Positions 26,413 through 38,920 of a stretch of DNA of 64,000 nucleotides are shown in pieces. Source of the stretch: Nageia nagi (taxonomy: Eukaryota > Plantae > Pinophyta); assembly GCA_050084985.1 (NCBI GenBank), contig JBITNC010000001.1, positions 20,088,001-20,152,000 of the forward strand, read 5' to 3'. Numbering within the stretch: the first letter of the stretch is position 1; the number at the start of each line of letters is the position of its first letter. Both the position numbers and the translations under genes were made by a program. The notes below the pieces were generated by a model. The model made no database searches. It saw only the letters and a program-made list of their open reading frames with translations, and was not told the DNA's origin.

Positions 26413-28860
26413 GAGCCAAATACTTGTTGAAACTAGTCCTATGATTAGGATATCATCAAATATAACTCTATGAAGAAGATATTCCAAAAATAACTTTTTA
26501 GATACATGAGGATCATTATGAATTTTTATTAATACCATTTAGTCTTACTAATGCTCCTTCAACATTCCATAGTTTGATGAATCGAGTATTTCACCCTCAT
26601 CTTCATAAATTTATTTTGATTTTCTTTAATGATATTTTTGATCTACAATAGTATAAGGAGGATAATTTGGCACACTTAGACCAAAGATTATAATTACTAC
26701 AAGAGCATCAATTATATGGAAAGAAATCCAAGTGTTCCTTTAGGATTCAAGATATTGAATACTTGGGGCATATCATTTCTAAATATGGAATCAAGGTCGA
26801 TGCACACAAAATTATAGACATGCAAGATTAGCCTATTCCAAAAGCAATCAAGGAATTGAGGGCATTTATAGGCCTACTAGATTATTACCAAAAATTTGTA
26901 AAGAATTATGGGAAGATCATAGCTCCACTTACATCATTACTAAAAAAAAGATGCCTTTAATTGGTCACCAGCATCTGAAAAAATTTTCTACAAATTGAAT
27001 GAGGTAATGTGTTCCACTCCTATTTTAGGTATTCTATATTTTTCTAAAATATTTATTATTAAGAGTGGTGCTTTTGAAGTAGGATTGGGTGCAATTTTGA
27101 TGTAAGAGGGAATACGCTTGGGTTTCACCACTAAGGTATTATTAAGATAAAATTTGGCTATATCTACCTATGCAAAAGAGGAGTTGGAAATAATTTATGC
27201 AATTTATAAATAACAATCCTACCTCATTGGGTGATATTTTATTATATGCAAAAATTAGCACAATTTGAAGTACTTTTGGGAACATTGAATTACAATAATT
27301 GAACAACAAAAGTGGATGACCAAACTATTAGGGTATGAATATGAAATAGTATAAATAAAAGGCTTAGAGAATGTAGTGGTGGATTCTCTTTCCCACAAAT
27401 TTGAGGATCCTACAACATTACAAGCAATTTCACTACTAGTTCCCTAGTGGTTAGAGTAGCTAAAATAAAAATGGCTTCAATATGACTCAATTTAGGCATT
27501 AATTCAATGACTCTAGACTAATCCTTCTAGTAAACCAAATTTCTCATGGTAAAATGGTATTTTATGCTTCAAAGGTTGCATTGAATTTCGATCCATTTCT
27601 TCATATTGAGAAGAAATACTTTAGGAATTACATATTGCACCATCATCCAAACACATAAGGTTTCTCAAAACCTATAAAAGAGTGGCTTAATATTTTTAAT
27701 AGGAGAAAATGAAATAGGACATCAATACATTTATTACCAAATGTGATGTTTGTCAATGAAATAAAGGTGAAACACTTGGCACTCTTGGTTTACTTGAACC
27801 CTTACCTATACTAGACTTGGATTGATATTTCAATGGACTTCGTTAAAGACCTTCCCAAGTCTCAAGGTAAATTAGTTATTTTGGTGGTGGTTGATCGATT
27901 ATATAAGTATGCATACTTTTTCCCTTTAGCACATCCATTTAAAGCTATCAATGTGACCCATATTTTTTTCATAATATCTTCAATCTTCATGGTATTCCCT
28001 TGATCATAGTTAGTAATTAAGATCCTACATTCACTAACAAATTCTAACAATAAATTTTAAAACTACAAAGTACTCATCTCAAAATGTGTTTATCCTATCA
28101 CCCCTAGATGGATGGACAATTTGAAATTATTAACAAGTGCATGGAAACCTATTTGCATTATTTTGCATCATCCCAACTAGTTCATTGGGTAAAATGGCTT
28201 CCTTTGGTAGAATGGTGGTATAACACTTTATACAAAAAAACTATTTGGATGATACCATATGAAGCACTGTATGGTTAGTCACCACCCATAGTGACAACAT
28301 ATGTCCCACATAGTACAAAGATCCAAGTAGTGAATATTCATTTACATACTTGGGAAGATATTCTTTATCTTCTTCAAGAGAATTTATGACCTACTAAACA
28401 CTGCATGAAACAATAGGTTGATTAGAATTGGATGGAATGTGAATTTCAAGCTAGTGATATGGTCTTCCTATACCTACAGCCATATAGATAGAAATCCTTA
28501 AAGATTAAGGGTCTTCAAAAATTTGTTCCCAAAATTTATGGTCCTTACAAAGATATTTAATGCATTAGACTTGCTACTTATAATTTGGAGTTACTAATGT
28601 CTTCCAAGGTTCATTTGGAATTCCATATTTCATGTTTGACAAAGGTGATGTGATAATAAGTTCAGATTTAATCAAAGTTACTAAAATTCATTAATGATGG
28701 ATCCTTCAATATTGAACCTAAAGTAGTTTTGGACAAGCATACCATCAACCTTATTCACTGTACTATAACCTAAGTTTTAATTCAGTGGTTGGGGTTAGCA
28801 CTTGAAGATGCAATGTGGGAAAAAGCACATGAGCTTCAAGAGGAGTTTTCAAATATCTAG
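26413..28860 (+). pseudogene. pol: Reina-like RT, RNase H, integrase and chromodomain
   Basis: [29 protein letters not shown]; FILIFFNDI; KCSFRIQDIEYLGHIIS; ISMDFVKDLPKSQGK; YHP*MDGQFEIINKCMETYL; KFVPKIYGPY; chromodomain EPKVVLDK..VLIQWLGLALEDAMWE. Confidence 0.88.
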
Positions 28861-28895
28861 CTTTAAGGATAAAGTTATTTCCAAGAGGGATGGCA

Positions 28896-29434
28896 TGTTA
28901 GAATCCCAAATCCTAACATTTACTAAGGTTTATTTATGCTTTAGTTAATTTAATTATTTAATTATTTGCTTGATCATATTTTGGCCACAACATTTAACTT
29001 CAATGTTTATTTAAGCTGGTTCTTTTTTGATATTTTGTAAAATTTGAAGCTCTATGATGTTTTTATACACTACTTAAGTAAGATGTTATCAAAGGATAAA
29101 AATGTCATCTTATAACCCAAAATTTTGTTTTAATGTTAGGCCATATTTCTGACATTAGGGAAAGAGGACTATAAATACTTGTAAGAATGGTAAAGAGGGC
29201 ATCTAAAAAATCATTTTATCTTTTTGATTTGCAAAGAGGAATCCCCCTCAATGTAGCATGCAGTTTATATTACTATTCAATAAGGTTATTCTATTTTGTT
29301 ACTTGTTGTTAGTATGAGTATCTCATTCTATGTGCTTTATTTGATGCATTACAAGTTTGTGGTTATTTAGTATTTCAATATTTCTTAAGGTATTTGAGGC
29401 AAGATCCCCTTTTTGTTCTTCTATGATCTTAACA
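28896..29434 (+). repeat. 3' LTR of the Reina-like element
   Basis: tgttagaatcccaaatcctaacatttac...gatcttaaca, preceded by the PPT. Confidence 0.9.
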
Positions 29435-29476
29435 CCCCCTTAATGTAAAAATTTTTATACTCCACATCTAAATAAG

Positions 29477-29960
29477 TGTTGATTCAATGCATATGAAGGC
29501 ACCCAACATAGTCAAATCAATACATTTTAAGGCACCCAATACAAGCTTGCTCTACTTCATGTGAAGTGTGTTGGTTCAATGCATTAGAAGCACCCAACAT
29601 AGGATATTCTAGTACATCTATGGTACCTAGTATAACTAATCTCTCCATACTGGGTAGTATTGGTTTAGTACATTTGAAGTACCCAACATACAAAATCTAG
29701 TGCATGCAAGACATCTAGTTGAAGCTCACTCTCCTCTTCTAAAGATAAATATTGGTTTAGTGCTACTGAAGCACCCAACACAATCAAATTAGTGCAATCA
29801 AAATACCTAATAAAAGTGCATACTCCACTTCCATTGAAAAGTGTTGGATCAGTGCAACTCAAGGAACCCAACATGGTTGTTGTTCTCCTCATGATGAAAA
29901 GTGTTGGTTAAGTGCAACACAATGCACCCAATATGATCAATTCAATCTAACTAAGGCACT
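29477..29960. repeat. Array of six stem-loop repeats (TGTTGG-TTCA-GTGCA-N5-6-GCAC-CCAACA), period ~92 bp
   Basis: Units start at ~29477, 29569, 29658, 29750, 29842 and 29902 (spacing 92, 89, 92, 92, 60). The array lies just inside a minus-strand PPT (attaaggggg, 29435-29444). Confidence 0.85.
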
Positions 29961-30083
29961 AGTTAGGAGGAAAATATTATGAACACTATGAATGGCATAG
30001 GTAGAGTGCATAGAGGAGGTCAACAACATAAGCACCATGTCCAATGTGTATAAGAAGAAGCTGAGCTAAGTTGAAATATAACA

Positions 30084-31141
30084 CAATCCATAAAGTGGAA
30101 ATAAGCATATAACACAATAATTTAACAACAATTAGAAATATATCATAGTTAAGAGATCAAGAAGAAAATTATATTCTACTATCATTAATAGAGGTAAAAA
30201 ATAGGGGCAATATCTACTATATCTTATCCCTTCTCTTTAAATAGAGGTAATATTTATAATTTTCCTTACTAAAATATCTTCTAATTAATTCCTAACATCT
30301 AAGAGATAAAATATTTATAACTAAATACTAATATATTTACATTATATCATATTCAATTTATGATAAGATTTATAAATTATATTTTAATCTACAAATATCT
30401 AGAGTGATCTTCTATGTGTGCCAACACTTTTCAGCTTATCCTAAACTTGAAATTTGAATCTGGAAGTCAAAATTGCCTTCTTGGAGTGAAAATGTATTTC
30501 ATCGAGGTTTCAACAATATTTACAAGTACTTGCATTTGTATGAACCTATTAGAATCAAATACAAAGGTAAAGTGAATGTTTCTAGCAGATTTCTTCAGCC
30601 ATACTTTGATCTAGATGGCCAAAACTTAGATCCTTAAAATTGGAACATTCTAGGTGGTTGATGTGACTAATATCCTCTTTGGTACATGATCAAACCACCT
30701 TTGTTAGGGTTATAACTAAAGAAAATATTTTGTATGATTTTCTCATTGTTCTAACAAAAATTTATCTTATTCACTCTATCGAATCTTTACCAAAATCAAA
30801 TATTTTGCAAAACATACGAAAATGGCTAAGTAGAACACTGTAATCATTTTTCCACCAATATGGAAAAGTTCATGCATTAAAAAATTACTAAATCTTTGCC
30901 AAAATTGAACACCTTAAGAAATTTTCAAAAATAACTAAGTCCTACCACTAATGTATTCTATTGCTATTCTAATAAACTATGTGCATACCAATATTGTTGG
31001 ATCTCTACCAAAATCAAACACTATAGAAAATATCTAAAATTAACTAAGTATAAACATTCCAATAAATAGTAAAGGATGTAAAAAAAGGGCATACCCATAC
31101 AAAATTATTCTTATATCTCCAAAAATATATATGGATATACA
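30084..31141 (-). repeat. Truncated 3' LTR of the TatII element
   Basis: Collinear with ~47570-48628 (aagagatcaaga..tagaggtaatatttata..gtgccaacact..ggtggttgatgtgactaa..gggcatacccata). Confidence 0.85.
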
Positions 31142-31899
31142 TTCTAGTGACTGGATGGTAGATTTGAGCTACCAAATTTTGAACTCAATATCAAAACTAT
31201 GAAACTTTGTATAAAAATTACTAACAATCTATACAAAAATTTACCTCTGTCTACCTCATTCTTGGGAAAAACTACAAGTGCTTTGGACCACTCTACATTT
31301 GATGGAAGACTTACATCTTGGATTAGTAGAGATAGAGAATCAAATTGATTAATAATCTTCAAATTGATATTTATCTTAATTCTATTGAATTTTGCTACCC
31401 ACTTTTCCACTCTTATCATCTCTTGAATAAATTTGTAGAACTAATCTATAAAATTATCCTTAGTCCAATCTGCAAAGGTATCATCTACCTTCTGCACCTA
31501 GTCACTGTATGCCTTCATTTCATCTAGTGTATAAACACTATTATCCTTCTTATATAAGGGAGACATCTTATTTCTATCAAAACCTTTAAATTTACCATTC
31601 AACCTATTTATCTTCAACATAAGTGACTTCATATATTTATCTATACAAATAATTAGTTCATGCAAATGAGCCACTTTCTATATCATCACCAAAATTTTAT
31701 AATGAAATTCATTAGTGATTGTATCTATGACCTCTTTTTTATTCATTACCTTAATAATATCTTGATTATCACTAAATATTTTACAATTTTTCTCTTCAAA
31801 TAAAAAATAATCTTATATTATTCTATTTTCTTTTCACAATATAATACATACTCCCTAACTAAATGCAACAAATCTAAAATAGACAATACCTTACCTTAG

Positions 31900-33865
31900 A
31901 AACTTGACTTACTATTTTTTATAGCATCCACCAAAAACTATTTCAACATTAGTACCTTTATCTATTGGGTTGGAATCTAATCCTGGATTTTCAATTCTTC
32001 AAACTCCACCTTAGCCTTAACAAAAACATTTATGGTGGTCTTTAGATCTTCATCCTTTTTTGTGCCAACATCCTGTAAAGCCTTTACATTATCTTGAAGC
32101 TTCTTATTTTCTTCCTCTAATGCTTTGCACTTTATTTTCTTATTCTTTAATGAAGCTTTCAAAGAGTCAATCTCTAGCTCTAAGGCCTCTATCTAACCAT
32201 TCTTCATGGTAATCTCAATACCCTTTACCTTCATCTCTTCTTCCCATTCTTCCTTGGCCAATTTTGATGATTTAGTAGCTTCCTACAATTGTTGTATCTA
32301 CTTATTTAACAAGCTAATCTAAGTCAAGTGAAACTTCTCTTTTTCATTTATAGCAACTTGTTATTTCTCTAGTTTATCTACTTTTTTTTTTTCAATAGAA
32401 TCTCATCAATTTTCATAAGTGTGATGTCAATTTTCATGATTTTTCTTTTTTCCATCTAGTTTTTCTTATTAGACCTTATCTATAAGGATATGCCTTTCAA
32501 ATCTAAAGCTTTTTTGAATCATGGTTCAATATGTTTCATGGATATCTCCAAAACCTAGTTGTGGATGTCCATACATGTGTCTAGTTGTATCTATCCCTGA
32601 ATCTTCTACTCTTTATGCATCTTCTCAAACCAATCTTTATTTGACTTATCTATCTTACTAAAGTTATTTGAGAATAATATATCTTATTGATGGAAATAGG
32701 AGGCATCACTATGATAACAACATCATCCTTATCATCAAATTTATCACTTATCATCAATGTTTATGAGCTAGCAAGAACTATATCCTATGTAGATGAGATA
32801 TTTTGAACTTGATCTAATATTTGTTCCTTCTCTTCCTGCACTACCTAAGTAGTCTTTTTCTTATTTTTCATTATTCTCCCATCCTTTGATTTATATTTTG
32901 GAGAATATGTATTCCTTTATCTCTATTTTCTTCTCTTAACAATGAATGTTTGATCAAATTCAGGTTCTCCACTTCCACTAGACTCTAGTTTGTTAATTCT
33001 GGTAACATCTTTAGTAGGCTTATCACTCTTTATTGTTAATACTTGAAGGATCATTTTTATAGGTTGTAGCTCCTTGGGCTATTTTTTACCCTTATTTATT
33101 CTTTTATATATTTTTTTAGAGATTGGTCCTTTCTTTTTCTGATAATTTTCTTTTTTGTAGGAGCATCTTCTTTTTCAAGCTGCTTTGCTAATGTAGCATC
33201 TTTCTTCTCCTATTTCTTTCTCTTTTTTTCATCATCCTTAGTGAACTTCCTTTCCAATTCTTTCATATAACCAATATATTTATTAGATATTATTATGTCA
33301 TCAACCTAGGCTTTCATAGAGGATTCAAGAAACTTTGACTAAGAAATTCCATATTTCTATTATTTTCTTAACAAAGCCTCCTCTTCGGCAATCAACTATC
33401 CCTTACCCTTAATAGCCTCTAAGATCTTGTCTGCTATTCTAATACTTTTAATTTCTAGGTCTTTTACCTTCCTAAGGTATATTGCTTATCAAAGGCATTA
33501 AAAAATACCTTTTCCTAATCACACATCCATGAAAGGGACTTTTTCTTAATTTCCTCTCTATATTTTTTTTTTTTGCTTCATTTAATTAGAACTATCCAAA
33601 TGTTTGTATAAAGGCTTTGGTAAACTTTTATCTTTATCAGTAGTAGTAGAATACTCAACTCTAATGGTATAATTTTTCCTCCATAAGGCCATACATGAGA
33701 TTTTCAATAGTGAGTTAAAAAAAAATGGGCTTGTCTAAAAGTTATTCCTATGATTCTCAAACTCATTCATAGACACTCTGATAAAATATAGGGTCTTTGA
33801 AGTTATCAACTTCAAATGTGCTATATATACTTCTAGTAGTTCATACGAACATGACACAATAATTT
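31900..33865 (-). pseudogene. C-terminal, coiled-coil and Lys/Glu-rich part of the TatII 3' extra ORF
   Basis: ORF 31977-32162 (KCKALEEENKKLQDNVKALQD..KAKVEFEELK) and long purine-rich coding-like minus-strand sequence with many stops. Confidence 0.6.
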
Positions 33866-33870
33866 GTTCT

Positions 33871-34119
33871 TACAGGAATGGATCATAAAAATTCAAGATA
33901 TATTTACTCAAGAATGATTTACAATATATAGACCACAAAAGTGGTTAACTAACAAACTCCTAAAATGGTGCAACTAAGTGTACACCTCATCCTAACTAAC
34001 TTACCTAACTAAGCACTAAGCTAAAATTTCTCTAACTAACTTCAAATGACACTTGTCATTGACACATGTCTAATTTATAAATATTTACAAATACCATAAT
34101 AAGATTATGGTTTTTAACA
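33871..34119 (-). repeat. Copia 3' LTR
   Basis: Near-identical to 39393-39641 and adjacent to the PPT. Confidence 0.95.
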
Positions 34120-34128
34120 TTCCCCCCC

Positions 34129-37100
34129 TTAATATGAAGGGGTATTTGTAAGTCCAAGCATTGATCTAAATTTCTTGAACTTTTCTCTTCCAAGCACCTT
34201 CTCTTTGTGCAAAACCTTTTGCAACAAGTCTCACTTTGTTTTTATCAAGTGAGCCATCTGATTTATACTTGTTCTTGTAAACCCACTTGCATCTAATAGG
34301 TCTGATTCCATATTGTGGATCTACCAACTTCCATGTCCCATTCTTGATGAAAGCATCATACTCTTTCTTCATAGCTTCTTTCCAAGCATCATGAGAAATA
34401 GCTTCTTTAAAAGAAGTTGGTTCAAAATCAGCAAAACAATTCAATTCCATATCAAAAGAAAGAACATCACCTGAAACTAAATCTTCTACTGCTCCACTTT
34501 CTTGTCTTGTCTGGTAGGAACTTCGAGTTCCTGTCTTTCCAATTTCATCAGGATGAACACTTTCAAGTGTTTTCTGGACCCATTTAGGAATTCTTTGAGT
34601 TGATTCTAGTTCATCACTAACCTGAGATGGAGCTTCACTTCCATAAAGACTTAATCGATCAATTCCTCGAATTACTTCATTTAACTGATGCTCAGATACT
34701 GGCACTGATGAACTAGAAGAACTTCGAGTTCCTGTCTTTCCAATTTCATCAGGATGAACACTTTCAAGTGTTTTCTGGACCCATTTAGGAATTCTTTGAG
34801 TTGATTCTATTTGATCACTAACCTGAGATGGAGCTTCACTTCCATAAAGACTTAATCGATCAATTCCTTGAATTACTTCATCTAACTGATGCTCAGATAC
34901 TGGCACTGATGAACTAGAAGAACCTAGTAGAGGAGGTACTCTTGGTGTTTGTTCTTCATGAACAAATGGTAAAAATTCCAAATTTGGATCTAATATAGGA
35001 ATTCCCCCCTCAATATTTGGAATTTCATAATCTTTTTCAAAATAATGCTTTCCATGGGTAAACTTATCAAGATGATCAATCTACCGCTCAATAGTATTGT
35101 CACTTTTGGAAAATTCAAGAAAGATAATGTCTCTTGCAAAGAGAAACTTCTTGTTTACCTCATCATAAAGCTTGTATCCATTGGTAGTGTCTGAATAGCC
35201 CAAGAAAATACACTTTCGACTCCTAGCTTCAAGCTTGCTTCATTGTTCCTTAGGTATAAGTGCATAACAGGTGGAACCAAAGATCTTGAGATGACGTACA
35301 GAAGGAATATGACCAAACCACATTTCAAATGGAGTCTTATCTTTGAGAGCATGAGAAGGAGATCTGTTTCTCAAATAAATAGCACATTGAACTGCATCAC
35401 CCCAAAACATAATTTTGACATTCTTGAAGAATATCATTGCACAGGCCATGTTCAATAGAGTTCTGTTCAATCTTTCAGTAACCCCATTTTGTTATGGGTT
35501 ATAGGGAACAATAGTCTAATGTTTAATCCCATGTTGGTGTAAGTAAGATTTGAAGTCATTTGAAGTATATTCCCCCCCATTATTTGAATGAAGGATACCT
35601 ATATGAGTATGAGCTTCATTTTCTATACTGACATGAAAGTCTTTAAATTTGGAAAAAGCTTCAGACTTATGTTTTAAGAAATAAACCCAAGACATCCTAG
35701 AATAATCATCAATGAATGTCATAATATATCTATTTCCAACTACAGAAGGAATAGAAAATGAACCACACAAATCGGAATGAACTAGTTCAAGTTTTCTACT
35801 AGCTCTCCATTGGGAATTTATAAACGATTGCTTGTGGTGCTTCCCTAGGATACAGGCTTCACAAGGGAAATGTTCCTAGGTATTGTAGGCAAACCACTAA
35901 AACCTCATTTCTTTAAAAGATGTAGGTCATCAAAATTAAGGTGCCTAAATCTTGCATGCCATAAAAGACTTGAGGGAAGTGTACCTTTTTCTTGATGTGT
36001 AAGGAAATGTAAATTCCTTCAATTAAATAGAAGCACCAGTGAGTTTCAAAAGCTTTCCATCTTCCACACTAAGCATCACAACTTTGTTGTCAGGAGATTG
36101 TCATATTTCCACCTTGCCATCGAACATATGGATGGTATGTCCTTATTTTTGAACAAGAATAAGGGAAAGCAAATTTCTCCTCAATTCTAGAAGATAAAGT
36201 ACATTTTGAAGCACAAAATCTAGAAATCCTGGTAGTTTAAGCCTGATTGAGCCAATTCCAGATGGCTTAAGTTTTGATTGATCTGCAAAGTAGACTACAC
36301 CATCAATATCTTCATTCAATTCTTCAAAGAAATCCCTCCTGAAAGTCATATGACATGTTGCTCCCATATCAAGCAACCATGCATCTTCCCATGATGCATA
36401 TGAAGTATTCATTAGGTCACTAAGACCAATGTTACATTTAGCTATAACAAAATGAGCGGATGCAGAGTTCTTACTCTGATCACCTTGTTGCTCTTTCTTT
36501 TCAACAATTTTCTCCCATGGAATGCGACATGTAGCAGCTTCATGACCTTTTCTATTACATCGAGTGCAATATAAATTTCACTTCTCCCTTTTATCTCCAT
36601 GACCACCTTGATTTCTACCTCCTCTACCTCTGAAATTTTTTCGACCACAACCTCTATTTCTACTATCTGCATAAGAAGCATCATTCTTCTCTAACTAAGC
36701 ATTGTAAACAATATTTGAAGCATCATTGTTCTTCTTTCCAAAAGCTTTTTCATGCTTTGTAATTTTTTCTGACAAAGTTTTGAAGGTGAGGGTGGCTAAT
36801 TGTCCACTCGCTTGAAGTGATTCAAGATAAGTTGAATATGTGGGATAGAGAGCTTTGATCAAGGCTGCAAGAGAAATATCAATTTCAACACCTGTAGCCT
36901 TGATATCATACATTATTGCACTAATTTCTAAAATAAGTGCTATGGGATCATTATTCTGCAACTGCAAATTAAAGAGCTTTAACTGAAGTTGGATGAGTTC
37001 CAACGCTGAATGAGAGTCATACAACTCTTTTAACTTTTCCAGTGCACTCCAAGCATCATCAATTGAAGTGATATGTCAATTGACTTCTTCAAATATAGAA

Positions 37101-37309
37101 GCTGCTATTAGAGCATACGCTTTGCAATTCTTCATGTTCCAAACCATGAGCTCTTTATCATTAGTTGGTTTGATGGGTTTGGTTTTGCCATCGCATATAC
37201 CTTCCCAAAAATCATTGAAGATGAGCGTATTTTTTATCTTCCTATACCATTCTAACCAATTGTTTTGACCAGTCAAAACAATCCCAATAATGCTTACTAA
37301 GGAATGCAT
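34129..37309 (-). pseudogene. gag-pol: Copia gag-pol pseudogene (gag, CCHC knuckle, protease, GAG-pre-integrase, integrase, RT start fused to the RNase H tail)
   Basis: GQNNWLEWYRKIKNTLIFNDFW; CTRCNRKGHEAATC; WLLDMGATCHMT; LWHARFRHLNF; ELVHSDLCG..TFIDDYSRMSWVYFLKHKSEAF..NGGEY; EPTSFKEA..WKEAMKKEYDAFIKNGTWKLV..CKWVYKNK..RLVAKGFAQREG; then KVLGREKFKKFRSMLGL. Confidence 0.95.
34518..34919 (-). repeat. In-frame 201-bp (67-aa) tandem duplication in the IN-RT linker
   Basis: Two copies, 34518-34718 and 34719-34919. VPVSEHQL..IGKTGTRS is repeated in ORF 34166-34981. Confidence 0.95.
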
Positions 37310-37555
37310 TTTGTAAGATGAAAAGTTACAAAATCACAAAAGAAGTAGAAAATATTTGAAATACAAACAATCTTTGCTCAAACAAGGCAAAATGGAGCAA
37401 GATGATGTCAAATATAGAAATTTACAAGTCTAAATCGATCCACATGTTATCGGTGCATTCATGAATATTTTGCTCAATGACCATTGGTGGATGGATATAA
37501 TCAGGATCAAAGTTATCTCTCTCTCTCTTTCTTCAACTGGTGCAGCTGAAGATAC

Positions 37556-37957
37556 CTAGAATCCTGAATCTGACTCAGAGGCTAGAATATTGAGATTGGA
37601 ACTTTGATCAACTGGTGCAATTGCTGGAGTATACTCATCACTATCGCTGATGATGATAATCTTAGGTGGCTGTGGTGCTGGTGTGTATTCCTTAATTGAA
37701 TTTTCTACAATCTCCTCAGGCTCATATTCTTCACTAGGAAATGGAGCTTTATCAAAGTACTTGTTGTCTTCAAGATCACCATCGTAGTGTACATCAGGAG
37801 GAATAATTTGTTGGTATTGAATGATTGTATTTTTGAGATCTTGAAGAATAGTATCAATACCATACACTCTTACTTCTTCATCGAAGTTTTCAGGATTTTC
37901 ATTTTCAAGTATATTCATAAGAATGGCATGACATCCAGTAGATCGTATCATTACCAA
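37556..37957 (-). CDS. Extra acidic ORF (133 aa) upstream of Copia gag, function unknown
   Basis: Uninterrupted frame, same sense as gag, inside the element between PBS and gag. D/E/P-rich. In-frame ATGs follow the annotated TTG start. Confidence 0.5.
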   Translation of the reverse strand: MVMIRSTGCHAILMNILENENPENFDEEVRVYGIDTILQDLKNTIIQYQQIIPPDVHYDGDLEDNKYFDKAPFPSEEYEPEEIVENSIKEYTPAPQPPKIIIISDSDEYTPAIAPVDQSSNLNILASESDSGF

Positions 37958-38845
37958 AATATTTGAAAATTAAAAAATATTTTAATATAAAATTAAAATA
38001 TTTAATAACTTTAAATATTTAAATATACCTAAATATAAAATTTGGAATTAAATATTTTGGAGTACCAAAATATTTTATACACCTTATCACTCCAAAATAA
38101 AATTCCAAACAACCCCTAAAATATCTCCACTATGAATATTAAAGTGACCATGTTTAAAAAATATTAAAGGCACCTTAATGGGTGAGGGGGTGAGAAAATA
38201 GGTGGGCCACTACATCTAGAAATCACGTTCAGTGAACACCCATGAGTAATAACACCCATGAGCGATGAGAGAGAGGAGCTACATAACAAGAGAGAGAGGC
38301 CATGTAATAGAGACAGGAGCCACGTCTAGCAGAACGTCTCTGTTGGGTGTGAGTCTAGCAAAAAATAATGACCACAGCTTCACTCAGATATTTCACCTCC
38401 TACTTACATTAAGAGTGGGGCAGATTCAAATGCCCATGAAAGAGAAACTGAGCACTCAAAACTACCAACTTCTCCATGTCGCCATTATCTCTAGCAAATG
38501 AAAGGTGTAAATCAGAGCAAGGAAACAAAGGCAGACTTAAATGGCCTCTTATAGAAGTTGGACATAAGAATTCGATGACGATGATGCATAGACAATGGAG
38601 AACAATAACACAGCATGTCAGATCTATGATGTTTAGTAGCATAGGCTAGTTTGAAGAGCTACAAAGTTAGCCACAGAAGACTTCTAGGCTAGGTGCATGT
38701 TGTTAACATTTCATCCTGGTGTCTACCATAGTCCAAACAAACAAATGCAAGAGTCCACATTTTGGAGGAGCTAAATGAAGAGATAATGATGTGTTCACAT
38801 ATTAACGAGTCAAGATGCCCATGAAATGCTGCTAACAACTCCCTA

Positions 38846-38920
38846 GATGCCCATGAATAGGAGTAGGATGCCCATAAATAGGAGTAGGATGCCCATAAAT
38901 AGAGTAGGATGCCCACGAAC
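38846..38920. repeat. Short tandem repeat (~21 bp, GATGCCCATAAATAGGAGTAG, ~3.5 copies) in the Copia 5' leader
   Basis: GATGCCCA recurs at 21/21/20-bp spacing, with further dispersed copies at ~38815 and ~39113. Confidence 0.85.

Larger units (their letters stand above)
14940..29434 (+). mobile_element. Full-length decayed Ty3/Gypsy chromovirus (Reina-like), with an 8.7-kb element nested in RT
   Basis: Two 539-bp LTRs (14940-15478, 28896-29434), tRNA-iMet PBS tggtattagag at 15481, PPT aagagggatggca at 28883-28895, and gag-PR-RT-RH-IN-chromodomain remnants in order. Confidence 0.9.

Noticed and set aside
29665-29892. ORF as the coding explanation for the stem-loop array
   Set aside because: Unit spacing (92, 89, 92, 92, 60) is mostly not a multiple of 3, so the repeats fall in different frames.
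18960-29960. CRISPR array interpretation of the hairpin repeat-spacer arrays
   Set aside because: Eukaryotic TE context, no cas genes, degenerate repeats, irregular spacer lengths and spacers partly related to each other. One array is duplicated as part of an LTR pair.
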